The notes beneath the pieces were generated by a model. That model searched no databases, was not told where the DNA came from, and saw only the letters and a program-made list of their open reading frames with translations. From the IMG/VR virus record IMGVR_UViG_3300032288_004964, positions 1 to 64,000 of that record: 64,000 bases of DNA. One strand, written 5' to 3'. Made by a program: the position numbers and the translations under genes. The first letter of the stretch is position 1. Every line of letters starts with the position of its first letter. Positions 39,711-49,132 of the stretch are shown here, one piece after another.

Positions 39711-40001
39711 TTATTTTATAATTAATTCTTCAAATTTAATTAAATTATTTAATTCTGGCTCAATTAATCTTATAGATTTTTCTACATTTAATTTTTTAAA
39801 TAGCTCATCATCTATAAAAGCTTCTAATTCAGATCCTATAATCTTATCATATGTTTCGGGTACTACATCTCCTCTTGAATCATAGATAGATTTAATATAA
39901 TTATTTCTATTATTTAAGTCAATATGTATTGAACATCCATCTGGTCTAGTGCCAAATCCCTTTTCGGATTCCTCCCAAAGTTGCAAAACTACTTTATTCA
40001 T
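39711..40001 (-). CDS. Hypothetical protein (WEESE.G.G.RPDG.S.H motif)
   Basis: 96-aa ORF. Confidence 0.75.
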   Translation of the reverse strand: MNKVVLQLWEESEKGFGTRPDGCSIHIDLNNRNNYIKSIYDSRGDVVPETYDKIIGSELEAFIDDELFKKLNVEKSIRLIEPELNNLIKFEELIIK

Positions 40002-40084
40002 ATTTTAAATATTGTTACTTAATTTTTATATAATATTCTAAACAAAGTTTAAAAAAAATAATAAAATTAAAAAAAACAACACTT

Positions 40085-41176
40085 ATGAATATTAAATTAG
40101 AGTATATTTGGCTTGATGGTTCTAACCCTCAGCAAATTAGGAGTAAGACAAAGATTGTAAATAAGATGGATACAATGATTCCTATGGACTATCCTGTTTG
40201 GTCTTTTGATGGTAGTTCTACTGGACAAGCTCAGTCTGGTAAAGGTAAAAACACAGATTGTCTATTAAAGCCGGTATTTGTTACTATGGATCCATTTAGA
40301 GGTAATCCACATAGATTAGTTTTATGTGAAGTTCTTAACCCAGATGGTACACCACATGAATCAAATAACAGAAGAAAATTAGCTAAAAAAGTATCTGAAT
40401 TAAATATTGATTCAAATGAGAAATCTGATCTTCCTTGGTTTGGTTGGGAACAAGAATATACACTAACACATAAACCTATGGTTCCATTTGGTGTAGGTGA
40501 AGGTATTCCTTTAGGATTTAGTTTAGATCCAAATAGAGTACCAAGACCACAAGGTGATTATTATTGTGGTATCGGTTCTGATAATGTAGTAGGTAGAGAA
40601 ATTGTTGAAGAACATATGGACTTATGTATGGAAATTGGATTAGATATTTCAGGTATTAATGCTGAAGTTTTACTAGGTCAGTGGGAATATCAAATTGGTC
40701 CAGTTACTGCTCTAAACGGTTCAGACCAGTTATGGATATCAAGATATCTATTACAAAGAGTTGCTGAAAAACATAATGTTAAAGTTTCTTTACATCCAAA
40801 ACCATTAAAAGGAGATTGGAATGGAACTGGTTGTCACGTTAACTTTTCTACTAAAGAAATGAGAGAAGAAGGTGGAATAGAAATCATTAAGGAAAGTATG
40901 GTGAAGCTAGAAAGATATCAAAAAGAACATATTGCTGTTTATGGTTTACATAATAATGAGAGATTAACTGGAGCACATGAAACTTCAAGTATTAATGAGT
41001 TTAGTTATGGATTCTCTACAAGAGATACTTCTATTAGAATCCCAGCTCAAGCAATTGTTGAAGGTAAAGGTTATTTTGAAGATAGAAGACCAGCTTCTAA
41101 CTGTGACCCTTATTTAGTTTCTGAGAGAATGTTACAAACAGTTTATTCTGAAGTTGAAGTTTCAGCAGAAGCATAA
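40085..41176 (+). CDS. glnII: Glutamine synthetase type II
   Basis: EYIWLDG, RSKTK, WSFDGSSTGQA, GWEQEY, NAEV..GQWEYQIGP, HPKP..GDWNGTGCH, RLTG.HET, YFEDRRPASNCDPY. Confidence 0.95.
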   Translation: MNIKLEYIWLDGSNPQQIRSKTKIVNKMDTMIPMDYPVWSFDGSSTGQAQSGKGKNTDCLLKPVFVTMDPFRGNPHRLVLCEVLNPDGTPHESNNRRKLAKKVSELNIDSNEKSDLPWFGWEQEYTLTHKPMVPFGVGEGIPLGFSLDPNRVPRPQGDYYCGIGSDNVVGREIVEEHMDLCMEIGLDISGINAEVLLGQWEYQIGPVTALNGSDQLWISRYLLQRVAEKHNVKVSLHPKPLKGDWNGTGCHVNFSTKEMREEGGIEIIKESMVKLERYQKEHIAVYGLHNNERLTGAHETSSINEFSYGFSTRDTSIRIPAQAIVEGKGYFEDRRPASNCDPYLVSERMLQTVYSEVEVSAEA

Positions 41177-41194
41177 CATAAATGATTATAAAGT

Positions 41195-41223
41195 AAAAAT
41201 CCACTCAATTGAGTGGATTTTTT
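41195..41223. terminator. Bidirectional terminator
   Basis: AAAAATCCACTC-aatt-GAGTGGATTTTT. Confidence 0.85.
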
Positions 41224-41369
41224 ATTTTAAAGATATTTTGAATTTTTTCTTTTCTCCTTTTCTGTCTAGATGGAAATATAGTCATAGATGCCATTCCAAA
41301 TCCTGGATCTAAAACAATATCAAATGTTTTTATATTAATATTAGAGTGAGTGGAGTCCCATTCCGTCAT
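41205..41369 (-). CDS. Small 54-aa protein missing from the ORF track (MTEWDSTH...RRKEKIQNIFKIKNPLN)
   Basis: Fills the gap, overlaps the end of the gp55-like gene, and carries an RxxK(I/L)xxI motif. Confidence 0.5.
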   Translation of the reverse strand: MTEWDSTHSNINIKTFDIVLDPGFGMASMTIFPSRQKRRKEKIQNIFKIKNPLN

Positions 41370-41706
41370 TTGATCCTTCAATTGAAATTAATTTAATTAA
41401 GTGTTCATTATCGCCTTTCTTTTTATAGAGTTCATTATAACCTTTAGCGATTCCTCTTTTGAATACTTCTGTAAAATATGCGAAAGCATTTACAGATTTT
41501 TCTTCATTGAAATTATACCAGTTTTGAAACATATCAAGTAGTCCTGACTGATAACAATCTAATTTGTCATCATTTGACCAGTATCTCATTTTCTTGATTG
41601 TTTTTTTCGCTAATAATTCTAACATTTTTTCAGCGTTTCTTGTTAATTTTCCTTGTGCTTTTGACACTATGACCTCAATATAGAGATCTTTATTATTTAA
41701 ATAGAT
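41341..41706 (-). CDS. Late-transcription sigma factor (T4 gp55-like); start uncertain
   Basis: In-frame YLNNKDLY upstream of GTG 41667 (cf. gp55 YVNNKEL); NF...KS.NAFAYFT motif. No in-frame ATG precedes YLNNK. Confidence 0.75.
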   Translation of the reverse strand: MYLNNKDLYIEVIVSKAQGKLTRNAEKMLELLAKKTIKKMRYWSNDDKLDCYQSGLLDMFQNWYNFNEEKSVNAFAYFTEVFKRGIAKGYNELYKKKGDNEHLIKLISIEGSNDGMGLHSL

Positions 41707-41795
41707 AAGCGTTGGATTATTTTTTGAGTAAAAAAATTTTCATTTTTTGCTTTCATGTTATATAAACATGTAACATGAAAGTTTAATTTTAAAAT

Positions 41796-41826
41796 AAAAA
41801 ATCCTCAAATTTCTTTGAGGATTTTT
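41796..41826 (-). terminator. Intrinsic terminator
   Basis: AAAAATCCTCAAA...TTTGAGGATTTTT. Confidence 0.8.
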
Positions 41827-41841
41827 ATTATATTATAATAA

Positions 41842-43125
41842 TTAAAGTTTAATTCTTTCTTTGTATTGTAATTCTTTAGTAGCTTGTAGTTCAACATCTA
41901 AGTTTTCTCTTCTCTTTTCTAAGTTTTTAAGAGCTGTTGTTAGAACTTCTGACTCACCAATCATTTGAATAGAACCTTTTACTTTTTCAATGTTAAAATT
42001 AACATCTTCAAGTTTTAAAGTGATTTCTCTTTCTTTATCTTCTAATTTTCTTTTAACTATTAATTCTTTGTCTAATTTATTTTCAAAGAAATAAGTTAAG
42101 TCATAGTTTAATTCATTTCTAACTTCATTTACTAATTCTAAAGCTGATTCATATTTAAAGAATGAATTACCATATCTTTCATCACATCTGTAAACAAAAG
42201 TATTATTTTTGTAGTTGAATGCAAATACTTCTAAGTAAGGATTGATTAGATTGTTAACTTTTTTAACAACATCTAATTCAATGAATTTATCTAAACTTTT
42301 AGACACTTCAAGTAAAACAGGGTAGAAGTTTTTATTAACAATTGGAACAATTGGTGAAGAGAATAAACTTTCTAAAGTTGTTTCTTCATTCATCTCATCA
42401 TCATTGATATAGATAGAACCTTTTTTACTAACTGGTAATCCAATAGTTAAATATTCAGAAATTCTGAAATTAACTCTATCTTCAGTAACAGTAGCATATT
42501 TCATAGCTGTTTCTAACATTCTTAAAGATTTTAAATCTTCTTCATTTTTAACATGATTTTCTAAAAGAGTTTTCTCAATATTAGACTCAGTTAAAATAAA
42601 CCAAGAATCTTTTACTAAAGCAATATGACCTTCTTCAACTTGTTCAACAACTGTGAAAATAGATTCACCTTTACCACCACTTAAAAGATTTGTTTTCTTC
42701 TCAGGTGATTTAGTTAAGTTATGTACGAATAATTTAACTTCAGGTACCCAATCATAGATAGCTAATTCGTTAAGAATCTTAGACATTCTATCTTGATCAC
42801 TTTCAAGATTAATAGTCTGTAAAACAACATTAATTGGTTGTCTATAAAGTTCTCCTTGATTTTTAGTATTCAAAACATTATATAAATTTTTTAATTCATA
42901 TAATAATTCGTAATTTTTCATATCATCATTAAGATTCTCTAGTAATGATTTAACACTTTTATCGTAAGTATAAGGCTTTAATCTTTCGTTAAGTGAGTTT
43001 ATAATTACTTTTTCTGATAACTCATTACAAGCATTCATGTGTCCTTCAATTACAAATGAAATCTCTTCTTGATCAAGAGAAAGTTCCTTTTTGAAGTTAT
43101 ACAGTTCAAGTTTAAGATTCTTCAT
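41842..43125 (-). CDS. Hypothetical protein, probably late/structural (C-terminal coiled coil)
   Basis: 427 aa; TAATATATA promoter at 43154-43162. Confidence 0.7.
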   Translation of the reverse strand: MKNLKLELYNFKKELSLDQEEISFVIEGHMNACNELSEKVIINSLNERLKPYTYDKSVKSLLENLNDDMKNYELLYELKNLYNVLNTKNQGELYRQPINVVLQTINLESDQDRMSKILNELAIYDWVPEVKLFVHNLTKSPEKKTNLLSGGKGESIFTVVEQVEEGHIALVKDSWFILTESNIEKTLLENHVKNEEDLKSLRMLETAMKYATVTEDRVNFRISEYLTIGLPVSKKGSIYINDDEMNEETTLESLFSSPIVPIVNKNFYPVLLEVSKSLDKFIELDVVKKVNNLINPYLEVFAFNYKNNTFVYRCDERYGNSFFKYESALELVNEVRNELNYDLTYFFENKLDKELIVKRKLEDKEREITLKLEDVNFNIEKVKGSIQMIGESEVLTTALKNLEKRRENLDVELQATKELQYKERIKL

Positions 43126-43188
43126 ATTTTAAAATATTTTTTTTTATATACTCTATATATTAAGGTCAAAAAGTCATTTTTTACCATT

Positions 43189-44013
43189 TTAGTTATTTTT
43201 ATTTGGATCTGACGAATTTGGGTTATTTGTTCCTGGATTTGTCTTTTCTCTTGTCTTTAATAGGTTATTATACCATCTTGTCCTCTTTGGTGCTACTATA
43301 TAATTTGGATCATAAACTCCACCTATTTCAGTTAGAGGTCCATTTTCAGATCCATTTACCGATGTTTTATTAGATCCAACTCTATCTCTTCTTAATGCTG
43401 GATAATATGTCTGAACCTCAAATGAAATAGATAATTTAATAGTATTATCACCAGTCATATTCTTTTCTCTATTTATCTCAACAGTATTTTGATCAGGTAG
43501 TAACATCACCGCATCAATATTCATAAAGTTGTGTTCAAACCACATAAATCTATATAACCAAAGAGTATCTAATATAGCTTGACTACATTTGAATATATCA
43601 ATCTCACTAGATAAAATAATAGATAGATCATAACTAACTGTAATTGGAACAGCTCTTACTTTAGATAAAACTTTTCTTATTTCAGTATCATCTTCTAATA
43701 CCATTTTTAACCAAACATTTGGATTGGCAAACTCATCAGACCTAATAGTAAAATTAGTCATTGTTAAATGACCTCTTGGAATTTGATCAGTATTTAATTC
43801 AATAAATCTGTTTTCTGAAACTATATCATCTGCGAATGAGTCTAATAAAAATCTTTCATCCCCTGTTAATGAGTAGTAGAAAGGAACTTTAACATAGACA
43901 TCACCTGAGCTAAATCTATTAACCCAGTTAATTTGACCCTCCATTGTATCTAAAACACAAACAGTTAGATCTCTAAAAAATACGTCTTCGAAATTAAACT
44001 TTTTACCCACCAT
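43189..44013 (-). CDS. Tail sheath stabilizer/terminator (T4 gp15-like)
   Basis: VKVPFYY...ERFL...IPRG...AVP....YDL.I. Confidence 0.75.
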   Translation of the reverse strand: MVGKKFNFEDVFFRDLTVCVLDTMEGQINWVNRFSSGDVYVKVPFYYSLTGDERFLLDSFADDIVSENRFIELNTDQIPRGHLTMTNFTIRSDEFANPNVWLKMVLEDDTEIRKVLSKVRAVPITVSYDLSIILSSEIDIFKCSQAILDTLWLYRFMWFEHNFMNIDAVMLLPDQNTVEINREKNMTGDNTIKLSISFEVQTYYPALRRDRVGSNKTSVNGSENGPLTEIGGVYDPNYIVAPKRTRWYNNLLKTREKTNPGTNNPNSSDPNKNN

Positions 44014-44077
44014 GAAGTTATATATTAAATAAACTTTGTCTCTAATTTGTAATATATTAATTACTAAAAACTAAAAT

Positions 44078-45046
44078 ATGTCTACTATAAAATCACTTTT
44101 ATTATGGGAAAAATGGCGACCAAAAAATTTGGAAGAAGTTGTCTTACTACCAAGAATAAGAAAACAATTTGAAAAAGGAGTTACTCAAAATTATATATTC
44201 CACGGACACTATGGCAGTGGAAAAACCAGTCTAGCTAGAATTTTAATTGGTAAATACACAAAAGATAAAGCTTTCTTAGAGTTAAATAGTTCCTTATATA
44301 CATCTATTGATGTTTTAAGATCAGAGATTGAGAATTTCTGTAAGACCACGCCTATGATGGATGTTGAATCTGATATTAAATATGTATTTCTTGATGAGTT
44401 TGAAAGAGTTTCTGTTCAGTTTCAAGATGCTTTTAAGGCATTTATTGAGAAGTATAATAAAAATGTAAGATTTATTATTACCACAAATCACTTGAATAAA
44501 GTATCTGATGGTATTAAGTCTAGAATACCTCAAATAAATTTTGACTGTCAATCAGTTGAAGAAGAAAAATATCTTAAAATGGAAATTTTTAAGAGAATAA
44601 ATAATATTATTCTACCAAAAGAAGGAAAAGAAATTCCTAAGGAAGATTTAATTACAATAGTTAGTAAAAAGTTTCCAGACTTTAGGTCTATAATGGTTGA
44701 AGTTCAAAACTATTTAGAAACCGGTAGTCTTAGTGGTGGTTCATCTAATGTATCTAATAAATTAAAATTAGACCTTTATAGTTGTATCTATGATAAATCA
44801 ATGGATTATGAAAAGATATATCATTTTTTAATGTCTACATTCGGTCCAGATAAAATAGATGTTATGATAGGTCTTCTGGGTAGACCATTCATTGATTGGT
44901 CCTTAAATGAAAAGACCGAGAATGTTGATAAATTATTTAAATGTAATTATATTGTATCTGATTATACTTCAAAATTAGAAACAAATACCGATCCAATAGT
45001 GTTGGGTATGACCATATTAGGAAAGTTTAGGGATATTCTAAATTAA
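44078..45046 (+). CDS. Clamp loader subunit (T4 gp44/RFC AAA+)
   Basis: EKWRPK, Walker A GHYGSGKTS, LDEFE, FIITTN, IKSR, FPDFR. Confidence 0.93.
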   Translation: MSTIKSLLLWEKWRPKNLEEVVLLPRIRKQFEKGVTQNYIFHGHYGSGKTSLARILIGKYTKDKAFLELNSSLYTSIDVLRSEIENFCKTTPMMDVESDIKYVFLDEFERVSVQFQDAFKAFIEKYNKNVRFIITTNHLNKVSDGIKSRIPQINFDCQSVEEEKYLKMEIFKRINNIILPKEGKEIPKEDLITIVSKKFPDFRSIMVEVQNYLETGSLSGGSSNVSNKLKLDLYSCIYDKSMDYEKIYHFLMSTFGPDKIDVMIGLLGRPFIDWSLNEKTENVDKLFKCNYIVSDYTSKLETNTDPIVLGMTILGKFRDILN

Positions 45047-45056
45047 TATATACTAC

Positions 45057-45434
45057 ATGGCATCATTTAATTTTTCAGACTTTTATATTGGTTACCCTGG
45101 TCACCCAAGATTTGTGGATAAAGAACTTATCACTGATGAGTTGGTTAGAGTTATTGTTCAGAAATATGAAATGATAGTATTTACTAATAAAGGTGAAGTT
45201 TTTGGTGATCCTGAGTTTGGTGCTGATTTACCTAAATTATTATTTGAAACTAAAGTATCAGCTACAAATGTTGAGAATGATATAAGAGATCAAATAGCTA
45301 TTTATATTCCTGAGATTAAAAGTATACCTTATGAACTTTCTGTTTCATTTTATCAAGATCCTGAGAATTACCAAGATGTAATGGAAGTATTCTTTAAGAT
45401 AAAAGAATATGATGTTTATTTAACTATAAGTTAA
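45057..45434 (+). CDS. Baseplate wedge subunit (gp25-like)
   Basis: TNKGEV.GDPEFGADL..LLFE. Confidence 0.85.
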   Translation: MASFNFSDFYIGYPGHPRFVDKELITDELVRVIVQKYEMIVFTNKGEVFGDPEFGADLPKLLFETKVSATNVENDIRDQIAIYIPEIKSIPYELSVSFYQDPENYQDVMEVFFKIKEYDVYLTIS

Positions 45435-45633
45435 TTTTAATTCTTTCGCTGAATTCTTCAAATCTCATAATGCTTTCATTTTCAGCATATTTAGGTAAAG
45501 ATTTCATTTTTATTCCTTCTGTCCACTCCTTATCAAATACCCATTTCATATTCTTAGGGGCTTTCTTCTTAGAACCATATTTGTTTCTCATTGCCCAAAT
45601 ATATTTGGCTTGTTGTTGACTTCTCGCTGGCAT
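45424..45633 (-). CDS. Small basic hypothetical protein
   Basis: MPARSQQQAKYIWA... Confidence 0.7.
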   Translation of the reverse strand: MPARSQQQAKYIWAMRNKYGSKKKAPKNMKWVFDKEWTEGIKMKSLPKYAENESIMRFEEFSERIKINL

Positions 45634-45642
45634 TGTTTATAT

Positions 45643-46023
45643 TTATTTTTTTACCCAGTTATATTCTGGATGCTTTTTTATTACTTTATCCCAAAATCCT
45701 CCACTAACATCTTGGTCTATAATAATTGTAAAATCTTTATCTATTGAACTTAATATTACTCTCATGACTTCTTGTGATAAACCTTTTTCTCCGGTTGAAT
45801 TTACAATAGATTTTATTTCAATTGAATCTTTCCCAAATTTTAACATAAGAGCTTTGAGTGGTAGTTTAGAATCTATTCTAACATTTGGTTTTCCTGACTT
45901 ATCAAGAATAGATGATGCTAATATTGTATTATTAGTAATTTGAACATTTGTAAATATTTCTGATAACTTATTAGATATCTTATCCATTAATGTATATTCT
46001 TTATATTCTCTAATTAATCTCAT
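45643..46023 (-). CDS. Hypothetical protein (start reassigned to MRLIREYKEY)
   Basis: ATG at 46023 follows directly after the upstream stop; possibly GNAT-like. Confidence 0.65.
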   Translation of the reverse strand: MRLIREYKEYTLMDKISNKLSEIFTNVQITNNTILASSILDKSGKPNVRIDSKLPLKALMLKFGKDSIEIKSIVNSTGEKGLSQEVMRVILSSIDKDFTIIIDQDVSGGFWDKVIKKHPEYNWVKK

Positions 46024-46024
46024 A

Positions 46025-46639
46025 TTATTTAATTGGACAACTATTAGCAGTATAAATATACTTATAGTCTCTTTTAATTTTAACACCTAAACTCTCAGCT
46101 GTGGTAACAACATCTTCTAGACATTCTGAATCAGCTCCTCCAACAATAGTAACTTCTTTCCCATTTAAGGATTTTAATAACTCATATAGTTTTTTAGGGC
46201 ATTGAAACCAAACATGTTTGTTTCCTATATAAGTAATAATAGTTCCTTCTTTAGTATTGAATATATCACCTTTCTTCAGTGATTTAGATTCTTCCATCTC
46301 ACTTATTTTATCATAAACTTCTTTATCTAATATCTTTTTATAGAAATCAGCATCTACATCATAATTATATCTCTTTTCAATTAAATCTTTTTGATTTGGG
46401 AAATGATATAAGTCATCATGTATAGGAACTTCAGGTTCATCTTCATATAGATAATCTTTATCTACATTCTTACCGTCTATATGGTTGTCCCAAAGTTGGT
46501 AGACATTTTGAAAGTTACTACAATACTTATTCAATTCATTTAGGTACATTTCTGAAAAGAATTTCTTAAATGATTTCTGAACATCAACTATAATTAATGT
46601 ACCATTACTATAACTTTCAAATGTTTTAAGATATCTCAT
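46025..46639 (-). CDS. Isochorismatase/cysteine hydrolase family protein
   Basis: LIIVDVQ, EKRY, VGGADSECLEDV. Confidence 0.75.
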   Translation of the reverse strand: MRYLKTFESYSNGTLIIVDVQKSFKKFFSEMYLNELNKYCSNFQNVYQLWDNHIDGKNVDKDYLYEDEPEVPIHDDLYHFPNQKDLIEKRYNYDVDADFYKKILDKEVYDKISEMEESKSLKKGDIFNTKEGTIITYIGNKHVWFQCPKKLYELLKSLNGKEVTIVGGADSECLEDVVTTAESLGVKIKRDYKYIYTANSCPIK

Positions 46640-46655
46640 TAACTATATATTAAAT

Positions 46656-46684
46656 AAAAAACCCATCAAAAATTTGATGGGTTT
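46656..46684 (-). terminator. Intrinsic terminator
   Basis: AAACCCATCAAA..TTTGATGGGTTT. Confidence 0.75.
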
Positions 46685-46704
46685 CAATTTTTATAATTTT
46701 AATA

Positions 46705-47229
46705 TTATGCTGGTAATTCTTCACCACCTTCTGGTGCTTCTTCCTCTTTAGTTTCTTCTTCAGCTTCTTGAGTTTGAGCTTGAGGCTCTTCAAATTCTTC
46801 ACCTTGTGATTGAGCTTGTGGCTGAGCTTCGGTTTGAACTTGTGGTTGAGCTTCAGCTTGTGGCTGAGCTTCAACTTGAGGTTGAGCCTGTGGCTGAGCT
46901 TCAGTTTGAGCTTGAGGTTGAGCCTGAGTTGATTGAGCTTGTGCTTGGCCACCCATTAATGCTCCACCAGGAATTTTTTCAACATCTAAGTTGTTCATAT
47001 TTATATACTTAACAATTTCTTCAGCGATGTCAACATCACCAAAAAACTGACGTAAATTTTTACCAGTAGTATCTTTTACTTTCTTTACATAAGCATTAAT
47101 TAATGATTGGGGAATATCAATCATAGTTTTTACTTTGTAGATATCGTTTACTTGGAAAACAGATTCTTTAATAATCTCTTCTCTCTTACTCTTAGTACGA
47201 TAATTTTCAAATGTTCTAATATGCTTCAT
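46705..47229 (-). CDS. Hypothetical protein with Q/A/P/E-rich tail, likely head-associated
   Basis: MKHIRTFENY N-terminus; late promoter at 47253. Confidence 0.75.
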   Translation of the reverse strand: MKHIRTFENYRTKSKREEIIKESVFQVNDIYKVKTMIDIPQSLINAYVKKVKDTTGKNLRQFFGDVDIAEEIVKYINMNNLDVEKIPGGALMGGQAQAQSTQAQPQAQTEAQPQAQPQVEAQPQAEAQPQVQTEAQPQAQSQGEEFEEPQAQTQEAEEETKEEEAPEGGEELPA

Positions 47230-47286
47230 TTTACAATTTATTTTTTATAGTTTATATATTAAGATTAAAAACTCATTTTTTTCACT

Positions 47287-47784
47287 TTATGGTACTAATA
47301 AAATTATGAATAAAAGGCCGCCTATTATAGCTGCTCCGGCTCCTCCACCTAAAATCATTTTTAATCTCATTTTATTAATTTTTTTATCCTTTTCATCAAT
47401 AACTTGTTGTCTATTATCAATTTGTTCTTGTAGAACTTTTTCTTTCTTTTCATGCTCTTTAATTTCATTTTGTAAAGCAGATATCTTTTTATCTTTTGTA
47501 TTCAAAGATTCCTTCAAATTAGAAATTTGCAACTTCTGATCAGAGATAACAACATCTTTATCACTTATTACTTTTATACAAATTGAATCATAACTACCTA
47601 TTTGGCTATTTAATTTTTCAAACAATGATAGCATTTCAGAATTGTTATCTAAAGATTGAGCTTGTTCTATTGTCATTACTACAACCTTCTGCCCAAGTGA
47701 ATCTACTTCATATCTTGGGTAGTCTATTTGTGAATAAACATTAATACTTATTAATGTCAATAAGAATATTAAAAATACTTTCAT
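47287..47784 (-). CDS. Secreted coiled-coil protein with C-terminal TM (spanin-like)
   Basis: Signal peptide ...VYS|Q, coiled coil, hydrophobic C-terminus. Confidence 0.55.
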   Translation of the reverse strand: MKVFLIFLLTLISINVYSQIDYPRYEVDSLGQKVVVMTIEQAQSLDNNSEMLSLFEKLNSQIGSYDSICIKVISDKDVVISDQKLQISNLKESLNTKDKKISALQNEIKEHEKKEKVLQEQIDNRQQVIDEKDKKINKMRLKMILGGGAGAAIIGGLLFIILLVP

Positions 47785-47785
47785 A

Positions 47786-48199
47786 TTATTTGGTTTTATT
47801 TTTTAAAGATTGTAAAAGATCATCCCCGGTTCTTTTTACTGGATTCTTTTCTAGTTGTTCAATCTTATGTCTAGTTTCTTCCATTTCATGTCTTAACTTA
47901 TCTAAATTAGATTTAGACTTATTAGCCTCGGCTTCAGCTCTTTTTGTTTCAGCTTCTAATTTAATATTTTCTTGTCTAAGTCTATCATCTTCTTTTTGAA
48001 GAGAATCGAATTTAGACTTCCATTTATTTATTTCTAAATCAATTGACTTTTTCTCATTCTCTAATTCAACAAATTCTTTTTCTAGTTGCTTAACTCTTTC
48101 TTTATATGAGATATCTCCTCCAATAAACCATTTATATCCGAAGAATATCGCAACAATTAGTAATACTAATATTATTATGTTTTTAATGTTAAACTTCAT
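47786..48199 (-). CDS. i-spanin-like protein (N-terminal TM + coiled coil)
   Basis: IIILVLLIVAIFFGY followed by a long coiled coil. Confidence 0.55.
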   Translation of the reverse strand: MKFNIKNIIILVLLIVAIFFGYKWFIGGDISYKERVKQLEKEFVELENEKKSIDLEINKWKSKFDSLQKEDDRLRQENIKLEAETKRAEAEANKSKSNLDKLRHEMEETRHKIEQLEKNPVKRTGDDLLQSLKNKTK

Positions 48200-48259
48200 A
48201 AATTTTGATAATTTTTAGGTATATATAAAAAATAATACCTGACTTCCGAATATTTTATA

Positions 48260-48267
48260 TATATTTG
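48260..48267 (+). promoter_or_regulatory. Bacteroidota-type -7 box TATATTTG
   Basis: Ends 23 nt upstream of the HAD gene ATG. Confidence 0.55.
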
Positions 48268-48290
48268 TAATCTTAAAATAATAAAACATC

Positions 48291-48815
48291 ATGTATAAAA
48301 AACTAATTTGCTTTGACTTTGACGGTACCTTATGTCATACACCAGAACCTTCTCAAGGAGAAAAAATATGGTTAGAAAAAACAGGAACTGTTTGGCCTCA
48401 TAGAGGTTGGTGGGGTAAGGAAGAAAGTTTAGATACTGATATATTTGAAATACCTGTTAATAGTTGGGTCTATAAGAAGTACTTAGAAGCAATCGCTGAT
48501 GATGATGCTTATGTTATATTGGCTACTGGTAGATTAGAAAAGGCCACTAATATGAGAAATAGAGTAGAATCTATTTTAATTAAAAATAATCTTTCATTTG
48601 ATGAAGTTTATTTAAATACAGGTGGTGATACATTTAGATTCAAAACAAAATTATTTGAGAGCTTGACTAAAGAAATCGGAGCTACTGAAATGATTATGTA
48701 TGATGATAGACATGAACATCTTGTTAAATTTGAACAGTGGGCAACTGAACAGCCATTTGATGTTACTATTGTAGATGTGGTTAATAAAGAGACTAAAACA
48801 TTTGAAAATAAATAA
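48291..48815 (+). CDS. HAD-superfamily phosphatase (Swiss Army Knife RNA-repair-like HAD)
   Basis: FDFDGTL, WW, LATGR, FK, MYDDR..H. Confidence 0.85.
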   Translation: MYKKLICFDFDGTLCHTPEPSQGEKIWLEKTGTVWPHRGWWGKEESLDTDIFEIPVNSWVYKKYLEAIADDDAYVILATGRLEKATNMRNRVESILIKNNLSFDEVYLNTGGDTFRFKTKLFESLTKEIGATEMIMYDDRHEHLVKFEQWATEQPFDVTIVDVVNKETKTFENK

Positions 48816-48847
48816 ATATAATATATACTAAAAATTCATAAAAAAAT

Positions 48848-49132
48848 ATGGCAACAATTACAAAAAAACAAACAAAGACAAAAGTAGATCAGATACTTTC
48901 TAAGCCTTACCGTTTGACTTTACACAATGATGATTATAATTCATTTGATTGGGTTATTACTTGTTTAATTAAAGTATGTAAACATGACCATGAGCAAGCT
49001 TCACAATGCGCTCACATAGTACATTTTAATGGTAAGTGTGATGTTAAATATGGCGATCTTGAAACTATTTCTGAAATGAAAAGCAAACTACAAAGTGCTG
49101 GATTATCAGTTACTATGGAAGTAAATAATTAA
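48848..49132 (+). CDS. clpS: ATP-dependent Clp protease adaptor ClpS
   Basis: LHNDDYNSFDWVI..L...QA.QCA..VH..GKC.VK.G. Confidence 0.92.
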   Translation: MATITKKQTKTKVDQILSKPYRLTLHNDDYNSFDWVITCLIKVCKHDHEQASQCAHIVHFNGKCDVKYGDLETISEMKSKLQSAGLSVTMEVNN

